Assembly (NCBI GenBank): GCA_964493155.1
Contig: CAZBNE010000001.1
Span: 26,065-90,064, forward strand
Origin: an uncultured Pelolinea sp.
Lineage (GTDB): Bacteria > Chloroflexota > Anaerolineae > Anaerolineales > Anaerolineaceae
Length of the DNA stretch: 64,000 nt
Reading direction: 5' to 3'
In this document: positions 57,929-64,000 of the stretch, one piece after another
How the letters are laid out: every line of letters starts with the position of its first letter
Position numbering within the stretch: the first letter of the stretch is position 1
Notes under the pieces: model-generated
Database searches by the model: none
Seen by the model: only the letters and a program-made list of their open reading frames with translations
What the model was told of the DNA's origin: nothing
Made by a program: the position numbers and the translations under genes

Positions 57929-58498
57929 TTACAGGGTTGCAGTTGTCTTTTTGTTAAAAGCTGAAAACAATTCAAGAATTTTATCCGGATTTTTTGCGGT
58001 TAACAGCAGATCGCGAACAGATCGGCTGATAAATCCCTGGTTTAGAACAGTGTCCATGAACTTCAGCAATTGGTCAAAATACCCGTTCACATTCAGCAAT
58101 CCGCAAGGTTTTTGATGCAATCCCAGCTGCGCCCAGGTCAGAATTTCAAAGAATTCTTCCAGCGTACCCAGTCCGCCCGGCAGCCCGATGAACCCGTCTC
58201 CCAACTCTGCAAACATGGCTTTGTGCTCATGCAGGTCTTTGGCAATTCGCAAATCTTTGAGCTGCTCGAAAGCCTTATCTTTTTCCACCAGAAATTTTGG
58301 CATCACGCCGATGACCTCGCCGCCGGCTTCCAGTGCTGCCCTGGCCATCGCCCCCGCCATGCCATCCTTTCCGCCGCCGTAAACCAGGCTGATGCCTCTA
58401 TTTGCGAGGATTTCACCCATGGCGCTGGCGGTCTTTAAATAATCCGCATCTGTTCCGGTGCTGGTGCTGCAGAAGACAGTTATTCGTTTAAAATCCAT
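57929..58498 (-). CDS. LOG family protein (second paralog)
   Basis: VFCSTS, LVYGGGKDGMAG, LPGGLGTLEEFFEILTWAQLG. Confidence 0.85.
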   Translation of the reverse strand: MDFKRITVFCSTSTGTDADYLKTASAMGEILANRGISLVYGGGKDGMAGAMARAALEAGGEVIGVMPKFLVEKDKAFEQLKDLRIAKDLHEHKAMFAELGDGFIGLPGGLGTLEEFFEILTWAQLGLHQKPCGLLNVNGYFDQLLKFMDTVLNQGFISRSVRDLLLTAKNPDKILELFSAFNKKTTATL

Positions 58499-58767
58499 TA
58501 CTCTTCCTTCACTTTTTCCACGACAATCGTTCCTCGGCTTAACAACGCCGCAATGGCGCCGATCGCCGCGAGCTGCGGCGCAAGCAGCGTGCCGACGATC
58601 CCGAAGGTCAGGGGAACGTCGATCAGGTTGCGCCCTTCTTCATTGCGGATGATCACTCGCCTGATATTGCCTTCATGCGCCAGTTCCTTGATCCTGGCCA
58701 GCAATTCTTCGCCTTTGATCTCAAATTCTTCAGTATAGGTCTTTTCTTCAGTCATTTTTTTCCTCAA
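58498..58767 (-). CDS. DUF4342-domain protein
   Basis: GNIRRVIIRNEEGRNLIDVPLTFGIVGTLLAPQLAAIGAIAALL is typical of DUF4342. 1-nt overlap with the LOG gene. Confidence 0.65.
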   Translation of the reverse strand: MRKKMTEEKTYTEEFEIKGEELLARIKELAHEGNIRRVIIRNEEGRNLIDVPLTFGIVGTLLAPQLAAIGAIAALLSRGTIVVEKVKEE

Positions 58768-58793
58768 AATGGTTTTTCCGGATTTTCAATTCC

Positions 58794-59510
58794 TTACTTG
58801 GAAATGATCATGCTGCGATTGGTCGTGGAAAGCAAGCCATAAGTCCATGAACCCCCGCAGAATTGTTGAATAAGTTCCGCCAGTTCTTCCCCGGTTTTTT
58901 CAATTTCATTTTCCGCAACCGGTGGCAGCCCGTCTAGATTAAATTCGATCAAGGTCGTGGTGAGTTCTGTCAGGGTATGGTTGGATTGGCGCCATACCCA
59001 GCGTCGGGTCAGTACCGCGTCGCCTTCAGCGAAAATGAATTCTCCCTTATCTGGATGCTCCATCCGATCAGATCCAAAAGGGAAAAATTCTTCATTCCCG
59101 CTGGCTGCCCGCAGCGCGATTTCCTGGCTGACATGATTCAGCGAATGCCCGCCGACCGGAAGCAGGCGACGCAGGGATATGATATTGCCAATGTCCACCA
59201 GCGCGTTGATGGATGGCAGTTCATTGCCGTTGATCACCCTGCGCGCCATCGCTTCCAGCGAAGGCCGGTACTCGCTGGGCTTGATGCCCAAAGAGCGGAA
59301 CGCCTCGCGCCAGGATACAATACTTGGATGCGTAACCAGCGTCTCTGCATTTACCTGACTCCTGAGTTGGACTTCCGCTTCGCGCAGCAGCGTGATCAGT
59401 TCTGGCGGCGAAGCCAGATTTTTCACATCCCTGGCGACAACCACTCCCCTGATAAATTGGGGGAAACGTTCAAATATTACATCTGATATGGAATACTGGA
59501 TTTTTGTCAT
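58794..59510 (-). CDS. B3/B4 tRNA-binding domain protein (PheT-related stand-alone)
   Basis: WREAFRSLGIKPSEYRPSLEAMARRV...LPSINALVDIGN pattern of B3_4 domains. Confidence 0.65.
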   Translation of the reverse strand: MTKIQYSISDVIFERFPQFIRGVVVARDVKNLASPPELITLLREAEVQLRSQVNAETLVTHPSIVSWREAFRSLGIKPSEYRPSLEAMARRVINGNELPSINALVDIGNIISLRRLLPVGGHSLNHVSQEIALRAASGNEEFFPFGSDRMEHPDKGEFIFAEGDAVLTRRWVWRQSNHTLTELTTTLIEFNLDGLPPVAENEIEKTGEELAELIQQFCGGSWTYGLLSTTNRSMIISK

Positions 59511-59591
59511 TAGTTAATTGTATTCGACTATCTGTATGCTGTTGCTTGGTAAAATCATGATATCTTTATTAAATTTTCATCAGGAGGATGC

Positions 59592-60647
59592 ATGGATCAC
59601 AGCCTGCCAAAACCCGAATTCTTTAAAGCGCCGCTCGATATTTACCAGTATCACGACATGCCATATTTACGGCTGGGAAATTCCGGATTATGGGTGCCCA
59701 AAGTAGGCCTGGGAACCTGGAAGTTCGGCCGTCCTGAAACCGGCGATGAGGCGCGTGTGGACCAGCCCACAGCCATGCGCATATTCGACCGCGCTCTGGA
59801 ACTGGGTGTGACCTTCTGGGATACCGCGCCGCGCTATAACAACGCATCCGGCAATTCTGAACGTGTTATTGGCGAATGGTTTAAAACCAATCCTGACCAG
59901 CGCCGCAATATCATTATCGCCACCAAGGTGTATGGCGGAATGGATGGGCTGACGCCCAACCACTGCCGCCTGACGCGCGGCAACCTGAAAGAATCCGTTT
60001 ATGCCTCCCTTGAAAGAATGCAGATTGACGTTATTGATCTGCTTTATTTTCATCATTACGATCCAGTCACACCTCCTGATGAGACCTTCAGCGCGCTTGA
60101 GGACCTGGTTGAGGATGACCTGGTGCGCTATTTAGCCATCTCCAATTTCACGATCGAACAATTCCAGCAATACAGCGCCATGGAAGCCGCCTTCAGCCCC
60201 CGTTCGCGCATCCTGGCAGTCCAGAACCAGTTCGACATCCTCAGGGGTGAGCACCCGGACTATCCGGGCGTGCTGGAGTATTCCAGCCAGATCGGCGCAT
60301 CCTTCATTGCCTACAGCCCGCTGGCAGAAGGCTTTCTGACCGACCGCTATGTGGACATTTCCAAAGTCAGTAAAGGCGATCGCATCTTTGATCAGGGTAT
60401 GTTGAAGGATCTCGCTTCAAATGAGAACCTGGGGAAACTCAAGAAATTGGCTGGCCTGGCCAATGAATTTGGTTTGGAATTAAGCCAGCTGGTATTGGCG
60501 TACACGCTCACGCTCCAGGGCATGGGGCCGGTCATCCCGGCTGCATCCACTGTCCAACAGTTGGAATCCAATGCCAGGGTCGGCCAGATCGGGTTGTCAG
60601 AAGATCAGCTTCGATCAATGCACAGGATCCTTACATCTTCAGTTTGA
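59592..60647 (+). CDS. Aldo/keto reductase
   Basis: LGTWKFG, FWDTAPRY, LYFHHYD, AYSPLAEG. AGGAGG RBS. Confidence 0.85.
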   Translation: MDHSLPKPEFFKAPLDIYQYHDMPYLRLGNSGLWVPKVGLGTWKFGRPETGDEARVDQPTAMRIFDRALELGVTFWDTAPRYNNASGNSERVIGEWFKTNPDQRRNIIIATKVYGGMDGLTPNHCRLTRGNLKESVYASLERMQIDVIDLLYFHHYDPVTPPDETFSALEDLVEDDLVRYLAISNFTIEQFQQYSAMEAAFSPRSRILAVQNQFDILRGEHPDYPGVLEYSSQIGASFIAYSPLAEGFLTDRYVDISKVSKGDRIFDQGMLKDLASNENLGKLKKLAGLANEFGLELSQLVLAYTLTLQGMGPVIPAASTVQQLESNARVGQIGLSEDQLRSMHRILTSSV

Positions 60648-60656
60648 TCTGCTCGA

Positions 60657-61076
60657 TCACTTGACTGCCAGCACCGGGCAGCTTGAGTGGCTGATGACCT
60701 TGTTGACCTGGCTGCCCATCAGTAATCCGCGCAGCCCGCTCATACCGCGCGCGCCCATGACAATCAGGTCGCACTCCTTGTTTTTCGCGGTATCCAGGAT
60801 GCTCTCTGCCGGCGAACCGAAGAGCAGCTCATCATGTACAATCAGATCCTTTCCAAGGATCTGTTTTGCATCCTGTAATAATCCTTTGCCTTCCTTTGTC
60901 AGCTGGTTAATAACCTCAGTGATAAAAGGTTCACCCAATGTAATTGAAACCATATCCATAACGCACACCAGCCACAATTCTGCGTTCTCCTGCTGCCTGG
61001 CCAATTCCCCCGCCAGCTGCGCCGCCCGCCTGGAGTTATCGGATCCGTCATAAGCGATCAGGATCTTCTTGAACAT
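60657..61076 (-). CDS. Universal stress protein (UspA family)
   Basis: KILIAYDGSDNS, VMGARGMSGLRGLLMGSQVNKVISHSSCPVL. GGAGG RBS upstream of the ATG pair. Confidence 0.85.
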   Translation of the reverse strand: MFKKILIAYDGSDNSRRAAQLAGELARQQENAELWLVCVMDMVSITLGEPFITEVINQLTKEGKGLLQDAKQILGKDLIVHDELLFGSPAESILDTAKNKECDLIVMGARGMSGLRGLLMGSQVNKVISHSSCPVLAVK

Positions 61077-61247
61077 CATCCACCTCCAAAACTTCTTCGG
61101 TTGATTATTTATAACCAGGAAATGGTAAGGTATCAATTTCAGTATAGCATTAATAACCTGTCAGCCAAAAACCATTAAAGTCCAGCTAAATATGGATTGC
61201 ATATAAGACTATTTTGTGTAAAACCGGGATCAGATACGGGAAAAAGC

Positions 61248-61886
61248 TCAAGCCACGGACAATTCTTTTATCAGTACTTTCGCGTACCGACGGGTCTTTG
61301 GGCTTTTGCTGGTTTTCTGCCGTTCAATAAAAACCTTCACAGCGGGTGGTACATTAAGTTTTGAATAGTTTTGCCCCAGCAATATCAACACATCAGCATT
61401 AAAAAGCGCTTCCTGTCCGGGTTTATAGCGTGTGGTTTTTTCATGTTTCAGCAATAATGTCACCACATTCGACAGCAGGTCTTGCCTGTGACTGACGATC
61501 CGCGCCAGATTGCGCAGGCAGCACAACCCGGTCGAGAATTTTTGGTCATTGAGCAGCGAGAGGTATTTGTCCTTTATTTGATCAAAACGCAGTTCTTTGT
61601 CCACCTTGATCAGCCCGGCAAGCAGAGTCAGAGAAAAATCGCGGTGGTAGGAGTTCGGGTGATCCAGGAGCTGGCTGATTGAATTCCAATATGCATAGAA
61701 GATTTCAGGCTGTCGGGAAATTGCTTCCTCGAGAATATAGAAGCAATGGTAATAAACCATGATATCCCTGTGGCTGCCCATCAGGCGGAAAACCTCATCT
61801 CTCATGGTATCCTCCCGAATGACCGTATCCGCCATTCCGGGCAGATCAAAATTCTCTCTGGCGATTTCGTTTATTAATGAATCCAT
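61248..61886 (-). CDS. Hypothetical all-helical protein
   Basis: Long ORF with coding-like composition. No family recognised. Confidence 0.4.
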   Translation of the reverse strand: MDSLINEIARENFDLPGMADTVIREDTMRDEVFRLMGSHRDIMVYYHCFYILEEAISRQPEIFYAYWNSISQLLDHPNSYHRDFSLTLLAGLIKVDKELRFDQIKDKYLSLLNDQKFSTGLCCLRNLARIVSHRQDLLSNVVTLLLKHEKTTRYKPGQEALFNADVLILLGQNYSKLNVPPAVKVFIERQKTSKSPKTRRYAKVLIKELSVA

Positions 61887-61942
61887 CTGTCATTAAAGAA
61901 AGAAAATATAAACTTCTTGTCAAGTATATATTAATTCCTGTT

Positions 61943-61980
61943 AAATAAAAACACGGCTGATCTCTCAACCGTGTTTTTTG
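61943..61980 (-). terminator. Intrinsic terminator after the NSS transporter gene
   Basis: Stem CACGGCTGA / TCAACCGTG. The minus-strand RNA is followed by UUUUUAUUU. Confidence 0.65.
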
Positions 61981-61985
61981 AAGAA

Positions 61986-63380
61986 TTAGAGTTTAATTAT
62001 ATTTAATCCGCCGAGTAAAACCACAAAGAGGAGAACAGGCGTGATGTAGCGGATAATAAAGAATATCGCCTTATTGATACCTTGATTGGATAATTTTCCA
62101 TTGATGCTGAGCGTATCCTGAACCTTGCCGATACCCCATACCCAACCGACGAAAATGGTGATGAACAACCCGCCAACAGGCAGCAGCAGGTTAGAGGTTA
62201 GATAGTCATACAGGTCGAAGAATGTCTTGCCAATAATGGTGACGTTCGCCAGAGTGCTGTTAGATAATGCCGCCGGTAAGCCGACCAGCGCCAACAGGAC
62301 TGCCACGCTGATGGTGGCACGTTTGCGCGGGATTGAAAAACGTTCTTCCATGAAAGCGACTGGCACTTCAAGCAGCGAGAGCATCGCGCCGGTAGCGGCA
62401 ATGCCTGCCAAAATGAAGAACAACACCATGAACACGCCGCCAAAAGGCATGGAGGCAAAAACCGATGGAATGGTGATGAACAGCAGTGAAGCTCCGGCAT
62501 CAGGTTGAAAACCAAAGGCAAATACTGCCGGGAAGATGGCAATACCCGCCAGGATCGATATGAGCATATCTGCCAGGGCAACACGCAGTGCTGTACCTGC
62601 AACGTTCTGATCTTCATGGAAATATGAACCGTAAGTGATCATGGTGCCCATCCCTGTGGACAATTTGAAGAAGGAAAGACCTACAGCGGTCAGGATCACA
62701 GAGGCTGTGATCTTGCTGAAATCAGGTTTGAAAAGGAATTTTAATCCCTCGCCTGCGCCCGGCAGGGTCAGGCTGCGGATGCAGATCACGATCAAAATGA
62801 AGAAGAGAATGGGCATCAGCCGGCTGGTCGTTCGTTCAATCCCCTTGGAGGCGCCCTTGATGATAATGAATGTGATCATTGCCAGCACGATCCACTGCCA
62901 AACCAATGATAACAGCGGATTGCTGATCAGGTCGGAAAAGGCTTGTGATGTGACCGCGGGATCAATGGAGAGGATTCCGCCGCCAATGGCTTTGAAAATA
63001 TATGCGAAAACCCAGGCAGCCACTTCGCTGTAGAACGCCAGGATCAAAAACGCGGACAGCACGCCGGCAGCCGCGACCAACCACCAGGGTTTCTTCTTGT
63101 CAGGAGTTTCCTTAACCATCGCATCAATTGCGTTGGCGCGGGCTCTGCGCCCGATCATCTGCTCCGAGATCATTGCCGGCAGACCTACCAACAGGGTGCT
63201 CAACAGATAAATGAACAGGAAAGCCGCTCCGCCATTCAAGCCGGTGAGTGAGGGGAATTTCCAGATATTGCCCAGCCCGACAGCCGAGCCGAGTGTGGCG
63301 AAGATCACTCCAATTTTACTGGTAAAGATATCGCGTTTTTTAGGCGCTTCGTTTGGTGAAACTTTCGTCGATGAATCCAT
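61986..63380 (-). CDS. Sodium-dependent transporter, neurotransmitter:sodium symporter (NSS/SNF) family
   Basis: GSAVGLGNIWKFP hallmark, about 11-12 TM helices. AAGGAGAG RBS. Confidence 0.9.
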   Translation of the reverse strand: MDSSTKVSPNEAPKKRDIFTSKIGVIFATLGSAVGLGNIWKFPSLTGLNGGAAFLFIYLLSTLLVGLPAMISEQMIGRRARANAIDAMVKETPDKKKPWWLVAAAGVLSAFLILAFYSEVAAWVFAYIFKAIGGGILSIDPAVTSQAFSDLISNPLLSLVWQWIVLAMITFIIIKGASKGIERTTSRLMPILFFILIVICIRSLTLPGAGEGLKFLFKPDFSKITASVILTAVGLSFFKLSTGMGTMITYGSYFHEDQNVAGTALRVALADMLISILAGIAIFPAVFAFGFQPDAGASLLFITIPSVFASMPFGGVFMVLFFILAGIAATGAMLSLLEVPVAFMEERFSIPRKRATISVAVLLALVGLPAALSNSTLANVTIIGKTFFDLYDYLTSNLLLPVGGLFITIFVGWVWGIGKVQDTLSINGKLSNQGINKAIFFIIRYITPVLLFVVLLGGLNIIKL

Positions 63381-63407
63381 AATACTCTCCTTTTAAATTT
63401 TTAAAAT

Positions 63408-63433
63408 GTAAAAAATGGCAATCGTGGATCGCC
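63408..63433 (-). terminator. Leader terminator (attenuator) upstream of the NSS transporter
   Basis: Minus-strand RNA GGCGAUC-CAC-GAUUGCC followed by AUUUUUU, about 28 nt before the start codon. Confidence 0.55.
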
Positions 63434-63537
63434 GCTGAATCTATGCGCACATAGATACTTCTTGTGCGCATATCACGGGACAGAACGGAACTTGCCGGGA
63501 TGGAGACAAGCGTCAAACGGTCGGTCTTAAGCACGCG

Positions 63538-63566
63538 ATTATACCAGACATCTTGAAATGTCATAA
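63538..63566 (-). promoter_or_regulatory. Promoter of the NSS transporter leader
   Basis: Minus strand: TTATGA, 17 nt spacer ending in TGG, TATAAT (63543-63538), giving an extended -10. Confidence 0.55.
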
Positions 63567-63604
63567 GAGTCATTTCTATTAATAAATTGTTGTTATGATG
63601 AATA

Positions 63605-63650
63605 TTAAAATAAAACCGAAGCGTGTGATACCAACAATTACGCTTCGGTC
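63605..63650 (-). terminator. Intrinsic terminator of the upstream aldo/keto reductase gene
   Basis: Stem AACCGAAGCG / CGCTTCGGT. The minus-strand RNA is followed by UUUUAUUUU. Confidence 0.7.
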
Positions 63651-63678
63651 GCCTTAAATTTGTTGATTGCTTGTCAAA

Positions 63679-64000
63679 TTAGACTAAAGCCGTCTCAATT
63701 TGTTCTATCACCTCGGGCGTGATCTTTTCCACGCTCTCCATCGCTTTCAGATTCTCGCGCAGCTGCTCCACACGGCTCGCGCCCAGGATGACCGAGCTGA
63801 CGTTGCAGTTCTTCAGCAGCCAGGCGATGGACATCTGCGACAGGCTGACGTCCAGCTCTTCCGCCACCTTGCCCAGTTTTTTTACCTTGCCCGCCAAATC
63901 CGGGCTTTTGGCTTTTTCGGCCAATTCTTCATGTTTCTTCAATGAGGCGCGCGATCCTTCCGGGATGCCGTTGACATACTTGCCAGTCAGCAGGCCGGAA
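63679..64000 (-). CDS. Aldo/keto reductase, C-terminal part (5' end outside the window)
   Basis: The frame is open to the window edge. LSQMSIAWLLKNCNVSSVILGASRVEQLRENL is typical of Kv-beta-like AKRs. Confidence 0.75.
   Translation of the reverse strand, partial: SGLLTGKYVNGIPEGSRASLKKHEELAEKAKSPDLAGKVKKLGKVAEELDVSLSQMSIAWLLKNCNVSSVILGASRVEQLRENLKAMESVEKITPEVIEQIETALV

Overview
A 64 kb bacterial chromosomal segment of about 50% GC, densely coded on both strands, with roughly 65 protein genes. I found no rRNA, tRNA, CRISPR array, transposase or integrase. The gene content (many secreted NBR1-like, DUF3048 and ConA-like lipoproteins, GatCAB, a Sec-containing SelD) would fit a Chloroflexota/Anaerolineae-like organism, but that cannot be verified here.

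Housekeeping genes:
- metA-metY, miaB, nth, xseA-xseB, gatC-gatA-gatB, bfr, lpd and selD.
- A B12-riboswitch-controlled btuFCD-like importer.
- A three-subunit GlpA-like, FAD oxidoreductase and DUF1667 set.

Main observations:
1. A stand-alone, translationally coupled operon encodes a NurA-like nuclease, an orphan HAS-barrel-like protein and a HerA/FtsK-type ATPase (24.5-28.1 kb). No Mre11/Rad50-type partners are nearby.
2. Two minus-strand c-di-GMP-I (GEMM-I) riboswitch copies show stem covariation. One lies directly upstream of a DUF3048 secreted protein. The other ends in a terminator about 220 nt later, upstream of an NBR1-like secreted protein. The window also holds three GGDEF proteins, one with a degenerate active site but an intact I-site.
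3. selD has an in-frame TGA exactly at the catalytic Cys17-equivalent position, so it is a selenoprotein. The ORF track splits this gene. It is flanked by two paralogous 7TM-PAS-GGDEF cyclases.
4. There are regulated leaders of unidentified class upstream of metA-metY and of an NSS-family transporter.
5. Three gene remnants are present (flavodoxin, PfkB kinase, TetR), plus a LOG / transglutaminase-like / LOG / DUF4342 cluster.

All family assignments come from motif recognition by eye and need profile searches to confirm.
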